Source: Candidatus Cloacimonadota bacterium
GTDB taxonomy: Bacteria; Cloacimonadota; Cloacimonadia; JGIOTU-2
Direction: 5' to 3'
DNA length: 64,000 nucleotides
NCBI GenBank assembly: GCA_049903315.1
Contig: JBNGBT010000005.1
Span: 96,001 to 160,000 of the forward strand
Positions 1 to 8,960 of this stretch are shown one piece after another; positions within the stretch are counted from its first letter, which is position 1; every line of letters starts with the position of its first letter. A program made the translations under genes and the position numbers. The notes beneath the pieces are model-generated. The model made no database searches. It was not told the DNA's origin and saw only the letters and a program-made list of their open reading frames with translations.

Positions 1-1
1 T

Positions 2-748
2 CAGTATAAAATTCTTGGGAACGGTTCCAATATTTTAGTTTCTGATTTGGGTTTCTCCGGTGTTGTCATTTCACTGAAAAATCTTCCTTATTCAATTGAG
101 TTGTATGACGGAAAATTATCAGTTGCTGCTCATATTGAATGTGTAAATCTTCAAAAAAAATGTATACTTGAAGGCTTGAGTGGTTTGGAATTTTTGAGTG
201 GTATTCCCGGAACCACAGGTGGAATTATTGCAATGAATGCAGGTGCTTTCAGGTACGATATTGAGAGTGTCATTGATTCGATAAAAGTGGTAACTCATGA
301 AGGAAAAATCTCGAGTATTCAAGCTGAAAATATTGAATTCTCATATAGAAAAACCAAACTTCCTTTTGAGCATTTTATTATTATAGAAGGCACCTTCAAT
401 GTTCAAAAAAAGAATATGCTGGAGGTGAAAGAACTCTGCGACTCATATTTTTCACAAAGGAAATCAAAAAATCTTTGGCAATCACAAACTTTTGGTTCGA
501 CCTTCAAAAATGGGGCGGATTATTACGCAGGTGAACTTATCGAGAAATGCGGATTAAAGGGATTTGCAATTGGCGATGCTCAAATCTCTACAGATCATGC
601 AAATTTTATTATTAATAATGGAAATGTTTCATCCAAAGATGTATATCTTCTCATACAAAAAATGAAGGATCAGGTGAAGAAAAAATTTGGCAAGAATCTC
701 GAATTAGAAGTTAAACTATGGGGAGATTTCTCTTATGCAGGAAAATAG
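2..748 (+). CDS. murB: UDP-N-acetylenolpyruvoylglucosamine reductase (5'-truncated by window)
   Basis: Frame is open from position 2 (QYKILGNGSNILVSD); GIPGTTGG..MNAGA, GSTFKN and HANFIIN motifs; precedes ftsQ. Confidence 0.95.
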   Translation, partial: QYKILGNGSNILVSDLGFSGVVISLKNLPYSIELYDGKLSVAAHIECVNLQKKCILEGLSGLEFLSGIPGTTGGIIAMNAGAFRYDIESVIDSIKVVTHEGKISSIQAENIEFSYRKTKLPFEHFIIIEGTFNVQKKNMLEVKELCDSYFSQRKSKNLWQSQTFGSTFKNGADYYAGELIEKCGLKGFAIGDAQISTDHANFIINNGNVSSKDVYLLIQKMKDQVKKKFGKNLELEVKLWGDFSYAGK

Positions 749-1499
749 AACAAGATCAAAAGAACCGGTAATTAAAAAAGCGCTTGTCATGCTAGTACTG
801 TGTGTGATCATTGCAGGAGCAAGTGCGTATCTGATGAAGTTTGGCGTAACAAAATGGAATTATCTCCGAATGAAAGACAGTGAAGTGACGGGTACGATTC
901 ACATCAATCCGAACATTATCCATATTGCCCTTTCGGAGTTCAAAGGGGAAAATTTGTATCTTCTCGAGGATGATGCAGTACGGGATAGGTTGTTGCAAAA
1001 TCCGTCCGTGAAAGATGTAAGGGTTTTGAGAATATTCCCAAGCACATTGAAGGTTGTCATTGAAGAACGCCTTCCAATTGCCTACTTCCAGACAGATCAA
1101 AATGAATATTATCTTATTGATGAACAAGGTGTATTGCTTGATAAAGTTGCTCTAAGCGATGGATTGGATGTGCCAGTCTTTTGTGAAATCAGCATAAATA
1201 ATTTGACACTGGGACAGGAGGTATCAGATACAAACGTCAAGATTCTTCTCGATGTGTACAAGACTCTGAAAATGAAATATCCTGATTTTCTCGCATCTGT
1301 TGGTGAGTTTTATATTGAAGATGGGGATGTTATCATATCAGAACAGGAGAGAGGTGTCAGATTTATTCTCGGTGATCGTGATTTTGATGAACGACTGGAA
1401 AAACTGGTCTTTGCATATCAGAATTTTGGTGTGGCAACGTATTCTGAGATCGATGTGCGGTTCTCCGACCCAATACATGAACTGGTGATATTAAGATAA
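735..1499 (+). CDS. ftsQ: Cell division protein FtsQ/DivIB
   Basis: N-terminal TM helix, POTRA-like region (R.FPSTL.V.IEER.P), C-terminal IDVRF; between murB and ftsA. Confidence 0.88.
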   Translation: MQENRTRSKEPVIKKALVMLVLCVIIAGASAYLMKFGVTKWNYLRMKDSEVTGTIHINPNIIHIALSEFKGENLYLLEDDAVRDRLLQNPSVKDVRVLRIFPSTLKVVIEERLPIAYFQTDQNEYYLIDEQGVLLDKVALSDGLDVPVFCEISINNLTLGQEVSDTNVKILLDVYKTLKMKYPDFLASVGEFYIEDGDVIISEQERGVRFILGDRDFDERLEKLVFAYQNFGVATYSEIDVRFSDPIHELVILR

Positions 1500-2773
1500 T
1501 GGCAAGACAACAAGTAGTTACAGCATTGGATATTGGTACAACGAAAATTTGTTGTATCATCGCAGTTATTGATAAAAACAATCAACTGAAGATCTCTGGT
1601 ATCGGTGAGACAAAATCCCAGGGACTCACGCGGGGAATGATCAGGAATATTCGCGCTGCATCTGAATCAATTGATTCCGCAGTACGGTCTGCCGAAAAAA
1701 TGGCAGGTATCGATGCGGAGAATATAATTGTCGGTGTTGCTGGAGAAATGATCCACAGCTTTGTGCGCCACGGGATGGCAAATATAGTCAGTAAAAGTAA
1801 ATATACCGAAGAAATTAACGAATATGAAGTCACAGAAACCGAGATCGAAAATGTCAAAAATGATGCAATAAAAAATGCGCCGTTAACAAGCGATCAGAAA
1901 CTCATTCATGTTGAACCTCAATATTTTATGATAGACAGCATGACGGGCATTATTGATCCCATAGGAATGACAGGACACCGTCTTGAGGCAGATGTGCATT
2001 TTGTGACTGCGGATATGAGTTATTTAAACAGCATCTACCGCAGTGTTCAGCTTCTGGGATTAAATGTGAAAGATGTTATCCTTCAACCCATTGCATCTGC
2101 TATGGCAGTTCTCAACGATGATGAAGTAGAACTCGGCGCAGTGCTTGTTGATATAGGCGGCGGCACGACAGACGTTTCTATATATTATAAAAACAGCCTT
2201 AGATTTACTTGCATCATTCCATTTGGAGGTGAGAACATCACTTCTGATCTTTCCGTAGGATTGCGTACTCCGAATGCAGAAGCAGAAAAGATCAAGATAG
2301 ATTTCGGCTATGCTATTCCGGAAAATGTGGATGATGACTCAAAAATAGAAGTGCCCGGCATTGGAGGTTATCCTTCAACGTTCCGAACAAAAAAGCTCAT
2401 TGCAGAGATCATTAATCCAAGAATGCAGGAGATCGCACAGCTGGTTTATAATAATGTGGTGAAAAGTAAATATATTGAAATGATCACTGCCGGAATTTCC
2501 ATTTGCGGAGGAACCGCTAATCTGAAAAGTACAAATCAACTTTTCTCCCAGGTATTTCATGAGATCCCAACAAAAACAGGTTACCCTTCATTCAAAGGGA
2601 TTTACGGCGACACGGAAACACTTTCAAATCCAAAATATGCAACTGCTGTCGGTTTACTGTATTGGGGTAAGAAAAATTATAAGAACGAACCCCTTGCACC
2701 GGGCAAGGGTTCAGTCATTGACCGCCTTTTCAAACGAATCAAAAAATGGTTTGAAATACAGAGCTTTACATAA
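1499..2773 (+). CDS. ftsA: Cell division protein FtsA
   Basis: ALDIGTTKI, VDIGGGTTD, AEKIK, P.YATAVGLL and an amphipathic C-terminal helix. Confidence 0.97.
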   Translation: MARQQVVTALDIGTTKICCIIAVIDKNNQLKISGIGETKSQGLTRGMIRNIRAASESIDSAVRSAEKMAGIDAENIIVGVAGEMIHSFVRHGMANIVSKSKYTEEINEYEVTETEIENVKNDAIKNAPLTSDQKLIHVEPQYFMIDSMTGIIDPIGMTGHRLEADVHFVTADMSYLNSIYRSVQLLGLNVKDVILQPIASAMAVLNDDEVELGAVLVDIGGGTTDVSIYYKNSLRFTCIIPFGGENITSDLSVGLRTPNAEAEKIKIDFGYAIPENVDDDSKIEVPGIGGYPSTFRTKKLIAEIINPRMQEIAQLVYNNVVKSKYIEMITAGISICGGTANLKSTNQLFSQVFHEIPTKTGYPSFKGIYGDTETLSNPKYATAVGLLYWGKKNYKNEPLAPGKGSVIDRLFKRIKKWFEIQSFT

Positions 2774-2810
2774 AACATAATCCCTGACCACGGTCAAATA
2801 GGGAGCATAT

Positions 2811-3941
2811 ATGCTAAAATTTAATCATTCAACGAACAAAATATCCAAGATCAAGATCATCGGTATCGGCGGTGCAGGCAACAATGCGGTCAATACGATG
2901 ATCACAAATAATCTCGGTGGTGTCGATTATGTGGCAGTTAACACTGATCTGCAGGTTCTCAACGTTTCTGCCGCAGAAGATAAATTACAGATCGGCAAGA
3001 ACCTTGTGAAAGGATTCGGAGCAGGTGGAAAACCTGAAGTCGGTGCAATGTGCGCAGAAGAAAGCAAGGAAGAAATTAAGAAAACGCTTGCTCATTCTGA
3101 TGTTGTATTTCTTACTGCAGGAATGGGGGGTGGAACAGGAACAGGTGCAGCTCCTATCTTTGCAAAGATAGCCCAAGAAATGGAAATCCTCACCATAGCG
3201 ATCGTCACATATCCTTTCAGCTTTGAGGGGAAATACCGTAAAGAAAATGCAGAAAAGGGCATCGCAGAACTCAAGCAATATGTAAACTCTCTCATTATTA
3301 TCGATAATGATAAAGTCCTTCAAACATTTGATGATATCGAGTTGTACCAGGCATTTGAAAAATCTAATTTTGTTCTTTATAATGCTGCAAAGACTTTCAC
3401 TGAGATCATCAATAAAGAAGGCTATATGAATGTTGATCTTGCAGATGTGAAAACAGTGCTTTCAGAGATGGGATATGCACTCATCGGATTTGGTTCTGCA
3501 AGTGGTGAAGACAGGGCTGCAAAAGCGACACATCAAGCTCTTGATAATCCCCTTATACAAGATATTTCACTTGAAGAAACCAAAGCCATTCTCGTAAATA
3601 TCACAGTGGGTTTTGATTTTGTAACAAAGGAGTATGAGGAAGTGACGAAGATCATTTATGAAAAAACGCACGAGAATACCAATATCATACATGGATTGGT
3701 ATTTGATAAAGATTTGAAGGATGTCATATCAATCGCAATAATTGCCACAGGAATGCTCACTACAGATAGGAAAGAAATTGATATTATTCCACCGGAAGAA
3801 GAGCAATCACAAGAGGAGCGGCAAAAGGAGCTTGAAGTAATAATGGCAAGGATTAAGCAGTCAGAACTTCTTGCACCAAAAAATAATGAGTATTCCATGG
3901 ATGAAATACGTAAACAATACATAAAGGATACTTTGGAGTAA
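2811..3941 (+). CDS. ftsZ: Cell division protein FtsZ
   Basis: [12 protein letters not shown], tubulin signature [10 protein letters not shown]7 loop NVDLAD. Confidence 0.98.
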   Translation: MLKFNHSTNKISKIKIIGIGGAGNNAVNTMITNNLGGVDYVAVNTDLQVLNVSAAEDKLQIGKNLVKGFGAGGKPEVGAMCAEESKEEIKKTLAHSDVVFLTAGMGGGTGTGAAPIFAKIAQEMEILTIAIVTYPFSFEGKYRKENAEKGIAELKQYVNSLIIIDNDKVLQTFDDIELYQAFEKSNFVLYNAAKTFTEIINKEGYMNVDLADVKTVLSEMGYALIGFGSASGEDRAAKATHQALDNPLIQDISLEETKAILVNITVGFDFVTKEYEEVTKIIYEKTHENTNIIHGLVFDKDLKDVISIAIIATGMLTTDRKEIDIIPPEEEQSQEERQKELEVIMARIKQSELLAPKNNEYSMDEIRKQYIKDTLE

Positions 3942-3942
3942 A

Positions 3943-4302
3943 ATGGATTACATCATAAGATTAGTAATTTACTCGCTCGCAATACTTATTGTGAGCAGGT
4001 TCACACGATTGATCGAGATAAAGAACTTTGGCACTGCACTGGTATTTGCATTTATACTTGGTATTGTTAATGTGCTTATAAGACCGATTTTTCTGTTTAT
4101 CTCACTTCCGCTTATTGCTCTTACTTTCGGTATATTCCTGATCTTTATAAATGGATTGATGATCATTATCGCGGCAGCATTTTTCAAGAATGTCCAAACA
4201 AAGGGCTGTCTTTCGTCTGCAATCGCAAGTGTGCTTATATCACTTGTGGTATTTTTGTTTGATATGATCCTCTTTCCGGGGCAGATACAGGTCACATATT
4301 AG
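3943..4302 (+). CDS. Four-TM membrane protein, phage-holin-like (YvlD/DUF360) family
   Basis: LG.VN.LIRP...ISLPL..LTFG.F...IN pattern. Confidence 0.8.
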   Translation: MDYIIRLVIYSLAILIVSRFTRLIEIKNFGTALVFAFILGIVNVLIRPIFLFISLPLIALTFGIFLIFINGLMIIIAAAFFKNVQTKGCLSSAIASVLISLVVFLFDMILFPGQIQVTY

Positions 4303-4336
4303 GAGCGTTTCTTTACAGAAAAAATACAGTCATTTT
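4298..4336 (+). repeat. Imperfect direct repeat, left copy (partner at 7140-7179)
   Basis: attaggagcgtttctttacagaaaaaatacagtcatttt vs attagtacgtttctttacagaaaatatacaatcaattttt. Confidence 0.8.
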
Positions 4337-4421
4337 ATCTCTCTTTACTGGGTCACTGTTTGGTAAAGCAAATTAAAAAGGGAAGATGTGGAATACAGAA
4401 TCGACTTTTCGCAGTGTTTAA

Positions 4422-4573
4422 AAATAAATTTGACAACAAAGGAATGATTTTTTCTATTTAGTATATGTAAAGTTGATTCTGGTTTGATTTGCTCTCAGGA
4501 CGGAAAAAATTATGAAAAATTGTAACTTAATAAAACTTAAAAAATATTTACTTCTTAGAAATGGAGGAATTCA
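4422..4573 (+). promoter_or_regulatory. Promoter/leader module, copy A (homologous to 37942-38094)
   Basis: 23 identical nt aaataaatttgacaacaaaggaa (TTGACA at 4430), then gtaaagttga, ggacggaaaaa.ttatgaaaaa and atggagg SD shared with copy B. Confidence 0.85.
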
Positions 4574-6973
4574 ATGAAAAAAGTATTAACATTTATAACG
4601 ATGATTATATTATTAACAATAATATTTTCTTGTGGCGAATCATTAGATTTAGAACCAGAAATTGAAGATGATGAGATAGTACTTTCAGATGAGACGATTA
4701 TAATTGAAGAAACAAATTTGTCAGAACCAGATATCGACAGTACAGGGACTTTTTACAGTTATACCTTTACTGGAGAACAACCTGATATTAATATTGGAGA
4801 TGTAATAGTTGGTGAAACGGAATATGGATATTTAAGAAAAGTTACTAACATCGAAGTTCAGAGGGATGGACTAATATTAGAAACCGAGCAATCATGTCTT
4901 ACCGATGCAATAGAAGAATGCTCGATTAAGGATTCAATTCAACTTATTATCGGTAATGAAAATAAATTAAATGGAATGTATTGTACATACTTAGCAAAAG
5001 GTGTGAGTGTTGTTAGAGGAGGATTAGGTTTAGACAATACAACACTATTTTCAGGGACTGTTGGGGGTGTTACAATTTCAGCAACAATTCCAGAAGGCTA
5101 TGTGTCTTTTGAACCATATCTAAATCGTGAACTTGAAATTGGACTGATTCCTCCACGAGTAGAACATCTTTTATTATCAGCAGAAGGAACATTGGAGTTT
5201 GATTGTGATTTGCAGTTAAATGCTTCTGCGTCAATTGATTATGGGAATGAGAAATTATTAGCGATTTTTATATCTCCACCATTTCCGATTGGTCCTGTAC
5301 CTTGTTTTGTTGAACTTTCATTCGTCGCAGGATTCGAAACCCAATTAGATGTTGAAGGTACAATAAAGAGTGGATTTGATTCTGAGGCATCAATAGAACT
5401 TGGTGCGGTATATAATTATGGCAGTGGTTGGGATGATATATGGAATACTAATTTTGAGATAAATTCCCATCCAATAGAATGGGAATTGACTGGTGATGTT
5501 TATGCTAAAGGATATATTACACCACAATTAAGCTTGAAGGTTGCGGGAGTGTTAGGTCCCTATATGGAATTAGAACCTTATTTGAAATTTGATGGAAATG
5601 TAATAGTACCTACAAGCTGGGAGTGGGAATTACTTGGTGGTGTCGATGCAAACCTTGGTTTTGAGATTGAAATACTAAGCTTTTCATTGGCAGACTTTTA
5701 TACTACCCTCGCTAACTGGGAGATAACTATTGCAAGTGATAACGGTTTATATGATTACATAACCGTTACTTCACCTAATGGAGGAGAGGTGTGGTATATG
5801 GGAAGTACTTATGAAATTCAATGGAATGATAATATCAATGAAAATGTAAAGATAGAACTATATAAGTCAGGTGCCATTGATAGATTAATAAAAGATTCAA
5901 CACCTAGTAATGGTTCATACAATTGGCCAATCCCAACAGATTTAACAGAATACTCAAGTTACAAGATTAAGATATCTAGTACGAGTAGTTCGGTGAATGA
6001 TTTAAGTGATAACAATTTTACGATTGAAGAAGAACCACCTGCTGATTACATAACGGTAACATCACCTAATGGTGGAGAGACCTGGCAGATGGGAACAACT
6101 CATAATATAACGTGGGATGATAATATAAGTGAAGATGTAAAGATAGAGTTATATATATCAGGAACTTTAGTAAGTACAATTGCATATGATACCTCAAGTG
6201 GTGGATCGTATACATGGTCGATCCCAACCTGGTTAGACGAATCCTCATATTACAAGATAAAAATCGAAAGTGTAGATAACAGTTCACTAAATGACTGGAG
6301 TGATAATTACTTCACAATTGAAGAAGGTGGTGGGACAGGAACTGTAACCGACATAGACGGCAATGTGTACCAAACGATAATAATTGGTGATCAGGAATGG
6401 ATGGCAGAGAACCTTAAAGTAACTCATTACAGGAATGGTGATCCAATTCCTCATTTAACCAATGATGATGATTGGACGGGTACATCATCCGGTGCATATT
6501 GTGTGTATGATAATGATCCTTCTCATGCAGATACATATGGAAATCACTATAACTGGTATACAGTTGATGATAGTCGTGGATTAGCCCCAGAAGGTTGGCA
6601 TGTACCATCAGATACAGAAATAATGGAATTGGAAACGTATCTTGGTATGAGTCAAAGCCAGGTAAACAGCACAGGATGGCGTGGTACGAACGAAGGCAGT
6701 AAGCTTGCCTCCGGCTACGATTTATGGGACAATGGTGCTTTGAGAGATGATACTGAGTTTGGTAGCAGTGGTTTCGATTTTTTTCCTGGTGGTGACCGTA
6801 ACTATAACTATGGTAATTTCTACGGTGTAGGTAGTCATGGCCTTTTCTGGTCATCTACAGAGAATAATACACAATACGCTTGGAGCCGGGGCTTGGATAA
6901 CCTCGATACTGGAGTAGAACGAATATACTTCAGTAAACGATATGGTTTTTCGGTACGTTGTGTTCGTGATTAA
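4574..6973 (+). CDS. Lipoprotein with two tandem Ig-like (Ser/Thr-rich GPI-anchored-type) domains and a C-terminal FISUMP (Fib_succ_major) domain
   Basis: Lipobox IFSC; two DYITVTSPNGGE.W repeats 291 bp apart (5753, 6044); TVTDIDGNVY.T..IG.QEWMAENL...APEGWHVPS...GFSVRCVRD. Confidence 0.92.
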   Translation: MKKVLTFITMIILLTIIFSCGESLDLEPEIEDDEIVLSDETIIIEETNLSEPDIDSTGTFYSYTFTGEQPDINIGDVIVGETEYGYLRKVTNIEVQRDGLILETEQSCLTDAIEECSIKDSIQLIIGNENKLNGMYCTYLAKGVSVVRGGLGLDNTTLFSGTVGGVTISATIPEGYVSFEPYLNRELEIGLIPPRVEHLLLSAEGTLEFDCDLQLNASASIDYGNEKLLAIFISPPFPIGPVPCFVELSFVAGFETQLDVEGTIKSGFDSEASIELGAVYNYGSGWDDIWNTNFEINSHPIEWELTGDVYAKGYITPQLSLKVAGVLGPYMELEPYLKFDGNVIVPTSWEWELLGGVDANLGFEIEILSFSLADFYTTLANWEITIASDNGLYDYITVTSPNGGEVWYMGSTYEIQWNDNINENVKIELYKSGAIDRLIKDSTPSNGSYNWPIPTDLTEYSSYKIKISSTSSSVNDLSDNNFTIEEEPPADYITVTSPNGGETWQMGTTHNITWDDNISEDVKIELYISGTLVSTIAYDTSSGGSYTWSIPTWLDESSYYKIKIESVDNSSLNDWSDNYFTIEEGGGTGTVTDIDGNVYQTIIIGDQEWMAENLKVTHYRNGDPIPHLTNDDDWTGTSSGAYCVYDNDPSHADTYGNHYNWYTVDDSRGLAPEGWHVPSDTEIMELETYLGMSQSQVNSTGWRGTNEGSKLASGYDLWDNGALRDDTEFGSSGFDFFPGGDRNYNYGNFYGVGSHGLFWSSTENNTQYAWSRGLDNLDTGVERIYFSKRYGFSVRCVRD

Positions 6974-7139
6974 GAATTGACTATTTATCTATCATACTTT
7001 TTACTAACGAGTGGAGCCCTTTTGTCTATTTAATTTGTAGTAATATGGAGTAAATAGAATTTGTTGATTTCACATTGACACTCCGATATGCTGCGCTACA
7101 GGGCATGCAGTCAATATAGTCCATAATTTTTTTTACTCA

Positions 7140-7179
7140 ATTAGTACGTTTCTTTACAGAAAATATACAATCAATTTTT
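7140..7179 (+). repeat. Imperfect direct repeat, right copy
   Basis: Shares cgtttctttacagaaaa.ataca.tca.ttt with 4306-4336. Confidence 0.8.
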
Positions 7180-7302
7180 ATTGACCAGCTTTGTGATTCA
7201 TTAGAAAAAGCGCGTAACAAGGGATAGGGTCATGAAACTTGACACATTAATATACCCCAAAAGTTATGTCATCAAAAATTGAATCTTGAAAGGACTAAGA
7301 AT

Positions 7303-8622
7303 ATGAAGAGAAAAGTCATTATTATGGGCGCTGCCGGCAGAGATTTTCATAATTTCAATGTGCTCTATCGTGATAATCCCGACTATGAAATCGTTGCCTT
7401 TACAGCAACTCAAATTCCAGATATTGACGGAAGAAAATATCCTGCAGAATTAGCAGGCAAACTCTACCCGGCAGGCATCCCGATCGTTGCTGAATCCGAA
7501 CTTGTCGATCTGATCAAAGAACATAACATTGACCTTGTGGTATTTGCCTACAGTGATGTAAATTATGAATATCTTATGCATAAAGCTTCGATCGTAAATG
7601 CAGCAGGTGCAGATTTTGTGCTCCTGAGTGCAACCGAAACAATGATCAAAACAACCAAACCTTTAATAACAGTTTGCGCAGTTCGAACAGGTTGTGGCAA
7701 AAGCCAGACTTCACGCGCAGTTGTACGGTTCCTTAAGGACAAGGGTTTGAAGGTTGCTTCGATCCGTCATCCAATGCCGTATGGAGACCTTGTGAAGCAG
7801 AAAGTGCAGCGGTTTGCCAAGATCGAAGATTTGAAAAAACATGAATGCACAATAGAAGAGATGGAAGAGTACGAACCACATATCGATATCGGTAGCATTA
7901 TTTATGCTGGTGTCGATTATGGTGCAATTCTTGCTGAAGCAGAAAAGGAAGCCGATGTCATCGTCTGGGATGGTGGAAATAATGATACATCATTTTATAA
8001 ATCTGATAATATGCTGAATATTGTCGTTGCAGATCCTCATCGCCCAGGTCATGAATTATATTATTACCCAGGCGAAACAAATCTCCGGTTGGCAGATGTG
8101 GTTATCATAAATAAGGTTGATTCTGCAAATCCTGAAGATGTGCTCGAAGTTCGTGATAATATCCGCTCGGTAAATAGAAACGCAGTAATTATTGATGGTG
8201 CATCTCCGGTGTTTGTAGACGATGCGAAAGCGATCGAGGGAGCTCGCGTTCTTGTTGTAGAAGACGGTCCCACACTTACCCACGGCGAGATGAAATATGG
8301 CGCCGGTGTCGTCGCAGCAGAGCGTTGCGGTGCAGCAGAATTTGTCGATCCTCGTCCATGGGCTGTCGGTACAATTAAAGAGACATTTGAAAAATATCCT
8401 GAGATAGGAACTCTCCTTCCAGCAATGGGCTATGGCGAGCAGCAGATCAAAGATCTCGAGACAACAATAAATGCAGTTGATTGTGAAGTTGTTGTTATTG
8501 GAACTCCTATTGATTTACGAAGAATAATTAAAATTAATAAACCTGCCGTAAGAGTATCATACGAACTGCAGGAAATTGGTCAACCCACACTTACAGAAGT
8601 GCTAGAAAATTTTGTTAAATAG
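7303..8622 (+). CDS. Cyclic-2,3-diphosphoglycerate-synthetase-like P-loop protein (COG2403), probable arginine synthetase ArcE-type
   Basis: IIMGAAGRDFHNFN, AVRTGCGKSQT, RHPMPYG, WDGGNND, EDGPTLTHG; ATG at 7303 follows aagga SD. Confidence 0.8.
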   Translation: MKRKVIIMGAAGRDFHNFNVLYRDNPDYEIVAFTATQIPDIDGRKYPAELAGKLYPAGIPIVAESELVDLIKEHNIDLVVFAYSDVNYEYLMHKASIVNAAGADFVLLSATETMIKTTKPLITVCAVRTGCGKSQTSRAVVRFLKDKGLKVASIRHPMPYGDLVKQKVQRFAKIEDLKKHECTIEEMEEYEPHIDIGSIIYAGVDYGAILAEAEKEADVIVWDGGNNDTSFYKSDNMLNIVVADPHRPGHELYYYPGETNLRLADVVIINKVDSANPEDVLEVRDNIRSVNRNAVIIDGASPVFVDDAKAIEGARVLVVEDGPTLTHGEMKYGAGVVAAERCGAAEFVDPRPWAVGTIKETFEKYPEIGTLLPAMGYGEQQIKDLETTINAVDCEVVVIGTPIDLRRIIKINKPAVRVSYELQEIGQPTLTEVLENFVK

Positions 8623-8640
8623 TCTTATTTAGGAGGACGA

Positions 8641-8910
8641 GTGGCTTTGGAAAAAGACGCAAAACGAACAATAGTCGAAGAGTTTGGTTTACATGAATCT
8701 GATACAGGATCCCCTGAAGTACAGATCGCACTCCTTACTCAGAGAATTGCGAGTATTACAGAACATCTGAAAGTACATAAAAAAGATCATCATACCCGGC
8801 GCGGGCTTCTCATGCTTGTCGGACAGAGACGACGACTTTTAGATTATATCAAAAATAAAGATATTACTCGCTACAGAAAGTTAATTAAAGCTCTTAAGAT
8901 CAGAAAGTAA
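8641..8910 (+). CDS. rpsO: 30S ribosomal protein S15
   Basis: [26 protein letters not shown] start after aggagg. Confidence 0.98.
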   Translation: MALEKDAKRTIVEEFGLHESDTGSPEVQIALLTQRIASITEHLKVHKKDHHTRRGLLMLVGQRRRLLDYIKNKDITRYRKLIKALKIRK

Positions 8911-8960
8911 GAGCAGATTGAACATGGTAGATTTTAATCCTTTGTTCAGACAGGAGCTAG

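Noticed and set aside
3943..4302. Prophage suggested by the holin-family gene
   Set aside because: This family is common in chromosomes and no other phage genes are present
4388..4425. Similarity of tcgacttttcgcagtgtttaaaaat to tcgatttccacagtgtatgaaaat at about 43965-43989
   Set aside because: Short, gapped and AT-rich; cannot be distinguished from chance by eye
7002..7146. Canonical integron attC site
   Set aside because: TACTAAC...ATTAGTA lacks the required GTT and no clear L boxes, array or IntI are present; kept only as an inverted repeat
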